64,000 nt of DNA from Vulcanimicrobiota bacterium (GTDB taxonomy: Bacteria; Vulcanimicrobiota; Vulcanimicrobiia; Eremiobacterales; Eremiobacteraceae). Made by a program: the position numbers and the translations under genes. The stretch is from assembly GCA_963812135.1 (NCBI GenBank), contig CAWETU010000001.1:544001-608000 (forward strand), in the 5' to 3' direction. Positions 56,308-64,000 of this stretch are shown here, one piece after another; position 1 is the first letter of the stretch, and every line of letters starts with the position of its first letter. The notes below the pieces were generated by a model that made no database searches, was not told where the DNA came from, and saw nothing but the letters and a program-made list of their open reading frames with translations.

Positions 56308-57658
56308 ATGTACACACCGCACACTCCGGAAGACATCCGCGCGATGCTCGACGTCATCGGCGCGCCGTCGCTCGAGTCATTGACCGACCCGCCGAGCGGC
56401 CTGAAGATCAAAGCGCAGCTCGACGTCGCGGCACCGCTGCCTGAATCCGATGCCTACGCGCGCATCCGCGCGATGGCCGACGAGAACGCGGCATCGCGCA
56501 TGGTGTCGTTTCTGGGTGCCGGCGCGTATCGCCACTATCAGCCGCCCGCCGTGCCGTACTTCGCGTTCCGCTCCGAGTTCCTGACGTCGTATACGCCGTA
56601 TCAGGCGGAAGCAAGTCAAGGCAGCCTGCAAGCGATCTTCGAGTGGCAGACCTACATCTGCTTGCTCACCGGCATGGACGTCAGCAACGCGTCGGTGTAC
56701 GATGGATCGACCGCGCTCGTCGAAGGCGTCATCATGGCGTCGCAAGCCACCGGACGCCGTCGCGTCGCGATCAGCGCCGCCGTCAACCCGCTGTATCGTC
56801 GGGTGCTCGCCACATACGCCGAAGGCATGGGCGTCGAGATAACCGAGCTGCCGGTCGACAGCGACGGCCGGACCAACAGTGCCGGCAAAGATCGATGCCG
56901 ACATCGCCGCGGTCATCGTGCAAAGCCCGAATTTCTTCGGCGTCATCGACGAGATGAAGACGGCGGCGGAGCGCGCACACGCGGCAGGCGCGCTCGCGAT
57001 CCACGTCACCGCCGAAGCCTTGTCGCTTGCCGTGCTCAAGGCACCGCGCGAGTTGGGCGCGGACATCGCCATCGGCGACGCGCAATCGTTCGGCCTGCCG
57101 ATCGGCTACGGCGGCCCGTACGTCGGCTTCGTCGCGACGACCAAGGAGCACGTGCGGCGTTTGCCTGGCCGGCTCGTCGGGCAGACGCACGATGTCGACG
57201 GGCGCCAAGCGTACGTCCTCACGCTCCAGGGGCGAGAGCAGCACATCCGGCGCGAACTTGCCAGCTCCAACATCTGCACCAATCAGGCGTTGTGCGCGCT
57301 CATCGCGACCATCTATCTCGCCACGGTCGGACGCAAAGGACTTACGGCGATCGCCTGCGCCAACATGGCGAACGCGCGCGCCCTAGCGGACGCGATCGCG
57401 ACGCTGCCCGGCTTTGGCGTCGCCAGTCACGCCAGTTTCTTCAACGAATTCGTCGTGCGAACGCCGGTGCACGCCAAAGAGCTCGCCGCGCGTCTCGAAA
57501 AGCGCGGGATGCTGGCGGGCTTACCGCTTGCGACCTTCTATCCCGACCGGGCGCACGAATTGCTCGTGTGCGCCACCGAATTGACCACGCCGAGCGAGAT
57601 CGCCGACTTCTCGCGGGCGCTGGCCGAGGAGTGCAAACATGCCGTCGCTGCTGTTTGA
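56308..57658 (+). pseudogene. gcvPA: Glycine dehydrogenase subunit 1 split by a +1 frameshift near 56880 (pseudogene or assembly error)
   Basis: First frame: FLGAGAY, SYTPYQAE.SQG, NASVYDG. Second frame: QSPNFFG, GGPYVG, PGRLVG, REQHIRRE.A.SNICTNQ. Confidence 0.9.
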
Positions 57659-59126
57659 GATCGGCGCGCCAGGGCGCGGCAGCGACTTCGTGCGTGAGTC
57701 CGGCCCGGCGACGCAATTCCTCGACAAGTCAGCGCTGCGCGCGGATCTGCCGCTGCCCGATCTGACGGAGCTTGACGTCGCGCGCCATTTCACCGAGCTG
57801 TCGCATCGCAATTTCTCGGTCGACACCAATTTTTATCCGCTCGGTTCGTGCACGATGAAGTACAATCCAAAGCTGAACGAAGCGGTCTCCGGCTTCACCG
57901 GCTTCACGGATCTGCATCCGTTCGCGCCCGACGCCGGCGCGCAAGGCGCCATCCGGCTGCTCTGGCACATGGAGCGCACGCTCGCGAGCCTGTTCGGCAT
58001 GGAAGCGTTCTCGTTGATGCCTGCCGCCGGCGCGCACGGCGAGATCACCGCCATGCTGATGGCGAAGAAATATTTCAAAGAGCGCGGCGAGCACGAACGG
58101 CTCACGTGTTTCGTGCCCGACACCGCACACGGCACGAATCCCGCCAGCGCAGCGATGGTCGGCTACAAGGTCATCTCGATCCCGTCGACTTCGCGCGGGC
58201 GCACCGATCTCGGCGCGCTCAAAGCAAAACTCGACGGCTCGGTCGCGGTCTGCATGATGACCAACCCCAATACGCTCGGCTTGTTCGAAGACGACATCGT
58301 CGAGATGACGCGCGCCGTCCACGACGCCGGCGGCCTCATGTATTACGACGGCGCAAACGCGAACGCGATCGTCGGCCTGACGCGCCCGGGCGACATGGGC
58401 TTCGACCTCATGCACCTCAATCTGCACAAGACGTTCTCGGTGCCGCATGGCGGTGGCGGCCCGGGCGCTGGTCCGGTGGGCGCAAGCACGCGCCTCGCGC
58501 CGTACTTGCCTTCACCGCTGGCGGCGCGCGACGAGTCAAGCGCGTATTTCTGGGATTACGAGCGGCCGAAGAGCATCGGCGCCGTGCGCGCATTCCCCGC
58601 GCATTTCCTCGCGATCGTGCGTGCGTACGCCTACATCATCGTCCATGGCGCCGAGGGGTTGCGCCGCAACAGCCAGCTTGCGGTCCTCAACGCCAATTAT
58701 CTGCGCGCGAAGATCAAAGATGTGCTGACGGTGCCCTATTCGGACTATTGCCGCCACGAGTTCGTGTGCTCGGCCGAAGAGCTCAAGAAAGAGACGGGTG
58801 TGCGCGCGCTCGATCTCGCCAAGGGCCTGCTCGATGCCGGCGTCCACGCGCCGACGATGTACTGGCCGCACGTCGTGCCCGAGTGCTTGATGATCGAGCC
58901 GACCGAGACGGAAAACCGCCACACGCTCGACGCGTTCGTCGCGACGCTGCGCGGGCTCGTCAAGCTCGCGCACGAAGACCCCGCGGCGGTCCAGCAAATG
59001 CCGCTGCACACGGCGGTGCGCCGCGTCGATGAAGCGCAGGTCGGCAGGCTCGCCAACAAGGGCATCGGATTGCGTTGGTCCCCGTCGGGATCAGGAGCAG
59101 AATCGGATGGCGCGGCCAAGATATGA
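57639..59126 (+). CDS. gcvPB: Glycine dehydrogenase subunit 2
   Basis: YPLGSCTMKYNPK, AGAHGE, AHGTNPASA, HLNLHKTF..PHGGGGPG (PLP Lys), MIEPTETE. Confidence 0.97.
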   Translation: MPSLLFEIGAPGRGSDFVRESGPATQFLDKSALRADLPLPDLTELDVARHFTELSHRNFSVDTNFYPLGSCTMKYNPKLNEAVSGFTGFTDLHPFAPDAGAQGAIRLLWHMERTLASLFGMEAFSLMPAAGAHGEITAMLMAKKYFKERGEHERLTCFVPDTAHGTNPASAAMVGYKVISIPSTSRGRTDLGALKAKLDGSVAVCMMTNPNTLGLFEDDIVEMTRAVHDAGGLMYYDGANANAIVGLTRPGDMGFDLMHLNLHKTFSVPHGGGGPGAGPVGASTRLAPYLPSPLAARDESSAYFWDYERPKSIGAVRAFPAHFLAIVRAYAYIIVHGAEGLRRNSQLAVLNANYLRAKIKDVLTVPYSDYCRHEFVCSAEELKKETGVRALDLAKGLLDAGVHAPTMYWPHVVPECLMIEPTETENRHTLDAFVATLRGLVKLAHEDPAAVQQMPLHTAVRRVDEAQVGRLANKGIGLRWSPSGSGAESDGAAKI

Positions 59127-59587
59127 AAGCGCGCCGTCGCCCGACGAGAGTGAAACACGAACGCTCGGCGGGCGGCTTCGTGCTCAAACACACCAATGGC
59201 GGATACTCGGGCCTGGTCATCGGCCGCGCATCGCCGCGCATCTGGTCGCTGCCCAAAGGCCACGTCGAACCGGGTGAACAGGTCGAGGACACCGCGACAC
59301 GCGAGGTGCTCGAGGAGACCGGTGTCTCCGGCGCGATCATCGAGAAACTCGCCGACATCAAGTATTGGTTTTACAGCAGCCGGCTCAAGCACAGCAAGAT
59401 CGTGCACTTCTATCTCATGCGCTACCGAGATGGCTCGCCCGTGCCGCAGGTGGGCGAGGTCGACGAAGTGCTCTGGGTGCCGCTCGACGAAATGGCAAAA
59501 CGCATGACCCACTTGAACGAGCGGCGCCTCGTCGGCCTTGTGGAGAAGATCGTCGAAGAGAAATCCGCGTCAGACCTGGGCTTTTGA
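59123..59587 (+). CDS. NUDIX hydrolase
   Basis: SAGG, WSLPKGHVEPGE....A.REVLEETG. Confidence 0.92.
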   Translation: MKARRRPTRVKHERSAGGFVLKHTNGGYSGLVIGRASPRIWSLPKGHVEPGEQVEDTATREVLEETGVSGAIIEKLADIKYWFYSSRLKHSKIVHFYLMRYRDGSPVPQVGEVDEVLWVPLDEMAKRMTHLNERRLVGLVEKIVEEKSASDLGF

Positions 59588-60669
59588 GTTCGCGTCGCCT
59601 CGCAGGGTTGTGCGTCGTCGTCGTCCTGCTGGCCGCGGGCTGCGCAAAGCCGCCGCCGCCTCCGGGACCCACTCCCTCGCCAACGCCCGCGCCAACACCC
59701 GTCGTGCCCAATCCGCTCAACGGCGTGCTCGCGCCCCCGCCGGACGTCGCGCATCGCGTCGCCGCGGTGATGATCGACAATTTTCCCGACGCGCGTCCGC
59801 AAAGCGGCTTGCGCGACGCCGACGTCGTGTATGAGGTCGAAGCCGAAGGCGGCATCACGCGTTATCTCGCGCTGTTCTTGCGCAACGCGACGGCGCAGAT
59901 CGGACCGGTCCGCAGCGCGCGCACGTATTTCGTCGATCTGGCACGCCCGTACGATCCGTTCTTCGCACACGCCGGCCAGAACGACGACGTGATCGAATTC
60001 TTGCAAGGATTGCGCGCTGCGGGTTTTGCGGACATGGATGAGATCCAGCACACGCCCGAGGCGTTTTGGCGCGACAACACGCGCGACATGCCCCACAATC
60101 TCTACACCAGCGTCGTGCGCATCCGCAAGGTCGGTCCCAGTTATGGCTTCGCGGATAAGAAGTACACCGGCAACCAATTCGATTTCGTCGATGTAGGACC
60201 CGAGCGAAGCTCGGGTGATTCCCCGAGCGATAGCTCGGGACCAATCCCCTCACCCTCGCCGGCACCGGCATGGCCGCCCGAAGCGGTCGCGTCGTTCTGG
60301 CTCGAATACGACGTGCATTTCGTCTGGGATGGAACGGCATACCAGCGCTTCATCGACGGTCAAGCCCAGCACGACCTGAACGACGATCGGCCGTACGAGG
60401 TCAGCGACATCATCGTCGTGTGGATCCGCGCGAACGTGCTCGACGCGATCGGCGATCTGAGCATGGATGTGTACGGCACGTATCCGGCAGTGCTCGTGCA
60501 CGCCGGCAAAGCGATCGCCGGCAAGTGGGTCGCAACCGGTCCTGCATCGCTGCCGCGACTCGAGGACAACGCCGGCGCGCCGTTGCCGTTGCGGCCCGGT
60601 CAGATCTATGTCGAGATCATGCCGCAGGGCAGCACGCTGAAAGTCGGGAAACAAACCTGGTCGCACTGA
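59584..60669 (+). CDS. DUF3048 (YerB-like) lipoprotein
   Basis: Lipobox LAAGC, VMIDN...ARPQSGL, EGGITR, IGPVRSAR, PHNLY; TTGA overlap with the NUDIX stop. Confidence 0.88.
   Translation: MSSRRLAGLCVVVVLLAAGCAKPPPPPGPTPSPTPAPTPVVPNPLNGVLAPPPDVAHRVAAVMIDNFPDARPQSGLRDADVVYEVEAEGGITRYLALFLRNATAQIGPVRSARTYFVDLARPYDPFFAHAGQNDDVIEFLQGLRAAGFADMDEIQHTPEAFWRDNTRDMPHNLYTSVVRIRKVGPSYGFADKKYTGNQFDFVDVGPERSSGDSPSDSSGPIPSPSPAPAWPPEAVASFWLEYDVHFVWDGTAYQRFIDGQAQHDLNDDRPYEVSDIIVVWIRANVLDAIGDLSMDVYGTYPAVLVHAGKAIAGKWVATGPASLPRLEDNAGAPLPLRPGQIYVEIMPQGSTLKVGKQTWSH
60193..60245 (+). repeat. GTAG-type REP doublet inside the DUF3048 CDS
   Basis: GTAG-G-ACCCGAGC-GAA-GCTCGGGT, spacer, CCCGAGC-GATA-GCTCGGG. Confidence 0.7.
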
Positions 60670-60721
60670 GCGACGACGTTTAAGCGAGGGGGCCACAGAC
60701 ATAACCGCAGGCGCCACGACC

Positions 60722-61495
60722 GTGGCCGCGACGGCCGCCGAGGCGTTCGCAGACCGCAAAAAACTGCAGGTCAAACTCGACGTCTTCGACGGTCCCCTCG
60801 ACCTCTTGCTCCACCTGGTCCTCGAGCAGGATCTGGACATCACCAAGGTCAGCCTTTCGGCCGTGTGCGACCAGTACATGGCCTATCTGTCGCTCATGGA
60901 CCGCTTGGACATCGACGTCGCGAGCGAATATCTGGTGATCGCGGCGACGCTGCTGTTCATCAAATCGAAGAAGCTGCTGCCGCCGCCTCCGCCGCCGTTC
61001 AGCGACGACCTCGAGGACGAAGCGGCGATCGCCGAGGAGACGCTGCGCCAGCGGCTGCTCGCGTACGCGCACTTCAAACGGTTGGGCCACCGATTCCGCG
61101 AGTTGTTCGACGAGAACGCGGCGTACTATCCGCGCGCCGGCGCATTAGAAGAAGGACTCGTGCAGCACTACCGGCTCGAAGCACCGTCGCTGGCGCGCGC
61201 GCTCGCCACGGTGTTCGCGAACGCCGAAGCGCGGCCGGCGGTCGTCAAACGCGAGACTTTCTCGATGGTCGTCAAGATGAACTACGTGCTGCGCCAAGTG
61301 CGCGAGCGCGCGGCGCTCGTCTTTTCAGAGCTCATCGCAGGCTGCCATCGGCTCGAGATCGTCGTCACGTTCCTCGCGCTGCTCGAGCTCGTCAAGGCGC
61401 GCAAGGTCGTATGCGTGCAGCCCAAACTTTTCTCGGACATCACGGTGACGCCCGCGCCGAAGGGAGCGACCGATCAGCTTGGCAAGTCTGCGTAA
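60722..61495 (+). CDS. scpA: Segregation and condensation protein A
   Basis: FDGPLDLLL, ASEYLVIAATLL.IKSK.LLP, TFLALLEL. Confidence 0.95.
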   Translation: MAATAAEAFADRKKLQVKLDVFDGPLDLLLHLVLEQDLDITKVSLSAVCDQYMAYLSLMDRLDIDVASEYLVIAATLLFIKSKKLLPPPPPPFSDDLEDEAAIAEETLRQRLLAYAHFKRLGHRFRELFDENAAYYPRAGALEEGLVQHYRLEAPSLARALATVFANAEARPAVVKRETFSMVVKMNYVLRQVRERAALVFSELIAGCHRLEIVVTFLALLELVKARKVVCVQPKLFSDITVTPAPKGATDQLGKSA

Positions 61496-62150
61496 CCGCG
61501 TCGAGGCGATACTGCTCGTCGCCGACAAACCGGCGAGCGAGCGGGATATCTGCGAGGCGGTCAAAGCATCACCGCCTGAGGTGCGCGCCGCGCTGAAGGA
61601 GATCGGCGCATCGTTCGAAGGCCGCGGCATCACGCTGCGCGAGGTCGCGGGCGGCTGGCGGCTCGCGACCGATCCGCAATGCCGCGAGGACGTCGAACGC
61701 TACTTGTTGCCGCCAAAGACCCACATGTCGCAAGCCTCACTCGAGACGCTGTCGATCATCGCCTATCTGCAGCCAGTCACGCGCGCCGAGATCGAGAGCC
61801 TGCGCGGCGTCAACGTCGACGGCGTGATGCAGACGCTCGAAGAGCGGCGCCTCATCAAAGAGCTCGGACGCAAGGACACCGTCGGGCGGCCGATCATCTA
61901 CGGCACGACCGATCTGTTCCTCGAGGCGTTCGGATTGCGGGCGCTCGGCGAATTGCCCGCGCTGCCCGACGGCGCACCGCGCCGTGTGAACGGCCAAGTC
62001 ATCCCATTGCCGCTGTCAGCGGAACGGCAAGAATCGCTCGGACAGATCCACGAGTCGGTCGACGGCCACGAAGGCGACGAAGAACCGCACTCGCAGTCCA
62101 AGCTCGAGCATAGCGTCGCCGACGAGCTGGCTCACGCCCTCGACGAGTGA
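61479..62150 (+). CDS. scpB: Segregation and condensation protein B
   Basis: VAGGW, SLETLSIIAY.QPVTRAEIE.LRGV, GRP..YGTT..FL..FGL. Confidence 0.95.
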   Translation: MASLRNRVEAILLVADKPASERDICEAVKASPPEVRAALKEIGASFEGRGITLREVAGGWRLATDPQCREDVERYLLPPKTHMSQASLETLSIIAYLQPVTRAEIESLRGVNVDGVMQTLEERRLIKELGRKDTVGRPIIYGTTDLFLEAFGLRALGELPALPDGAPRRVNGQVIPLPLSAERQESLGQIHESVDGHEGDEEPHSQSKLEHSVADELAHALDE

Positions 62151-62941
62151 GATACGCTTCGGACTTCGACACGCTCGTCGAAGAGTACGCGCGCTACCGG
62201 ACATCCTATTCCGACGAGTTGTTCGACGCCGTCGCCACGCTCATCGGCCCGGCCCGCGACAAGCGGGTGCTCGACGCCGCGTGCGGCACCGGTCTCGCGA
62301 CGCGTGGGATGCTCGAGCGCGGCTACGGCGTGACCGGCATCGACGTCGCCGAGCGCATGCTCGACGTGGCGCGCTCCAGCGCGCCGGCCGGCGCCGACGT
62401 CGCGTTTTATCTCGGCCGCGCTGAAGCGCTGCCGTTCGGCGACAACGCATTCGCGGGCATCATGTGCGCGCAGGCCTTCCACTGGTTCGACGAAGCCGCG
62501 GCGCTCGCCGAGTTTTCGCGCGTGCTCGCGACCGGCGGCGCGCTCGCCATCTTCTGGAAACACGCGCGAGCCGACGACCCGTACGCGCGCGCGGTGCGCA
62601 CCTTGTTCACCGAGTGGACCGGCCGCTCGGAAGCGCCGATGGAAAGCAGCTTCCGCGATTCGCTCGCGCGCTTCTGGGAACAGGTTGGACGCGCCGGCGA
62701 GCGCAGACCCGGCGCGCTATTCCGCGACGCCGAGCTGCGCATGTTGCGCTTCGGACTGCGCTACACCACCGACTCGTACGTCGGCTATCATCGCTCGCGC
62801 GAGAACCTGCGCATCGCGCTCGGTGATCAGCGCGAAGCGTTTCTTGGAGCCGTCCGCGAGCGCATCGCGGCGCTCGCGCCACCGTCGGGAGAGTTCGAAG
62901 TCGAACAAGACCAGTTTTTATACTGCGCGCGCAAGACATGA
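62147..62941 (+). CDS. Class I SAM-dependent methyltransferase
   Basis: LDAACGTG, AEALPF, AQAFHWFD. Confidence 0.9.
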   Translation: MRYASDFDTLVEEYARYRTSYSDELFDAVATLIGPARDKRVLDAACGTGLATRGMLERGYGVTGIDVAERMLDVARSSAPAGADVAFYLGRAEALPFGDNAFAGIMCAQAFHWFDEAAALAEFSRVLATGGALAIFWKHARADDPYARAVRTLFTEWTGRSEAPMESSFRDSLARFWEQVGRAGERRPGALFRDAELRMLRFGLRYTTDSYVGYHRSRENLRIALGDQREAFLGAVRERIAALAPPSGEFEVEQDQFLYCARKT

Positions 62942-63798
62942 GATTCGGCGTCCACGTCGGCATCGGTGGCAACTTCCCGAAGAAGACGATCGAGCAAGCG
63001 CTCGAGGCCGGTTGCGATTGCATCCAGATCTTCGCCGGCAATCCACGCGGCTGGCGCCGCACGCCGTACGATGTCCGCGCGTGGCAAGAGTTCCGCGACT
63101 TGCGCAAGCAGCACGGCATCTACCCGGTGGTCATCCACACTTCATATCTGGTGAACCTCGTGACCGCCGACAAGACGCTGCAGAAGAATAGCACGATGGT
63201 CGTCGCGCACGATCTGGAAGTGGCCGCACGCAGCGGCATCGAGTACGTCAACACACACCTGGGCAGCTATGGCGCGCAGCCACGGGCCAAAGGCTTCGCG
63301 CGCGTCACGGAGACCATCGCCAAGCTCATCAGCGCGGCAAAGCCCGGGCCGATGCTGTTGCTCGAAAACTCGGCGGGCGCCGGCAATCTTTGCGGCGGCA
63401 CGATGGACGAATTGGGCGCGATCATCAAGGCGGTCGGCAGCAACCGCGTCGGCGTGTGTCTCGACACCGCGCACGCCTGGGCGTCCGGCTACGACATCCA
63501 CGACGTCAAAGGCGTCGGCGCGTTTGTCGGCGCGGTCGGCAAACACATCGGTTTCAAACGCGTGCGCGCGTTGCATCTCAACGATACGCAGGTCGCCCTC
63601 GGCGCGAAGCGCGACCTTCACTGGCACGTGGCCGAAGGCCGCATCGGAGCGACCGGTTTTCGAACGCTCTTGCGCCGTCCCGAGTTCGCCGATGTCGCTG
63701 TGATCTGCGAGACGCCGAAGACCCTCGAGGACGATCGGAAGAACCTGCGTACGGCTCGGCGGCTCGCGGGTGTGCGGGCGGTGAAGGCGAAGACTTAG
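62938..63798 (+). CDS. nfo: Endonuclease IV
   Basis: G.HV, QIF..NPR.W, H.SYLVNL, LLENSAG, CLDTAH, HLND, D.H, ETP. Confidence 0.95.
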   Translation: MRFGVHVGIGGNFPKKTIEQALEAGCDCIQIFAGNPRGWRRTPYDVRAWQEFRDLRKQHGIYPVVIHTSYLVNLVTADKTLQKNSTMVVAHDLEVAARSGIEYVNTHLGSYGAQPRAKGFARVTETIAKLISAAKPGPMLLLENSAGAGNLCGGTMDELGAIIKAVGSNRVGVCLDTAHAWASGYDIHDVKGVGAFVGAVGKHIGFKRVRALHLNDTQVALGAKRDLHWHVAEGRIGATGFRTLLRRPEFADVAVICETPKTLEDDRKNLRTARRLAGVRAVKAKT

Positions 63799-63863
63799 GC
63801 TCGGGACGGCACCGAGGGCTGGGACGCTACATTTTGGGCATTCGTCGAGTAGAGGCAACCGTC

Positions 63864-64000
63864 ATGAACGCTCTCAAGAAACCATCTGTCTTATTCGCGC
63901 TCGTCGCGATCGCGCTCGCATCGGCAGGACCGATCGAGGCGCTGGCGCGCGCCGGCGGCGGCAGCCATTACGGCGGCGGTGGTGGCGGCGGGTATCACGG
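63864..64000 (+). CDS. Exported protein N-terminus (signal peptide + ARAGGG Gly-rich segment, possibly Tim44-like), partial
   Basis: GAGG RBS; MNALKKPSVLFALVAIALASAGPIEALARAGGGSHYGGGGGGGYH... runs off the window. Confidence 0.7.
   Translation, partial: MNALKKPSVLFALVAIALASAGPIEALARAGGGSHYGGGGGGGYH

Overview
High-GC bacterial chromosomal window, mostly housekeeping genes. It contains icmAB-gltX-glmU, a branched-chain amino acid ABC transporter with an IclR regulator, argS-rlmH-dprA, nrdR-dut-panE, comM, a ribose-type sugar ABC transporter, the trmD-rplS-lepB-rbgA-rnhB-yraN region, rplU-prp, speDE-gcvTHP(A/B) and scpAB-nfo. The Firmicute-like gene set (rbgA, prp, split gcvPA/PB, scpAB) in a high-GC genome suggests a Terrabacteria lineage, possibly Eremiobacterota; this is inference only. 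I saw no rRNA, tRNA, CRISPR array, prophage or intact transposase. Most interesting observations: (1) a complete ilv-like ribosome-mediated attenuator (promoter, leader peptide, antiterminator, terminator) upstream of two tandem paralogous microproteins and a DUF1203 gene rather than amino-acid biosynthesis genes; (2) several GTAG-type REP palindromes, some translated inside genes (DUF3048 lipoprotein, gltX, tat gene) or lying in the rplU leader; (3) a divergent Tag-like DNA glycosylase with a C-terminal four-Cys motif and an in-frame N-terminal domain resembling a catalytically dead REP-associated tyrosine transposase; (4) a secreted protein with an N/Q/Y/G prion-like tail; (5) an orphan DnaA-box cluster; (6) a frameshifted gcvPA. 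Family assignments are by motif recognition, not database searches. Start codons were adjusted by eye where RBS or homology suggested it.
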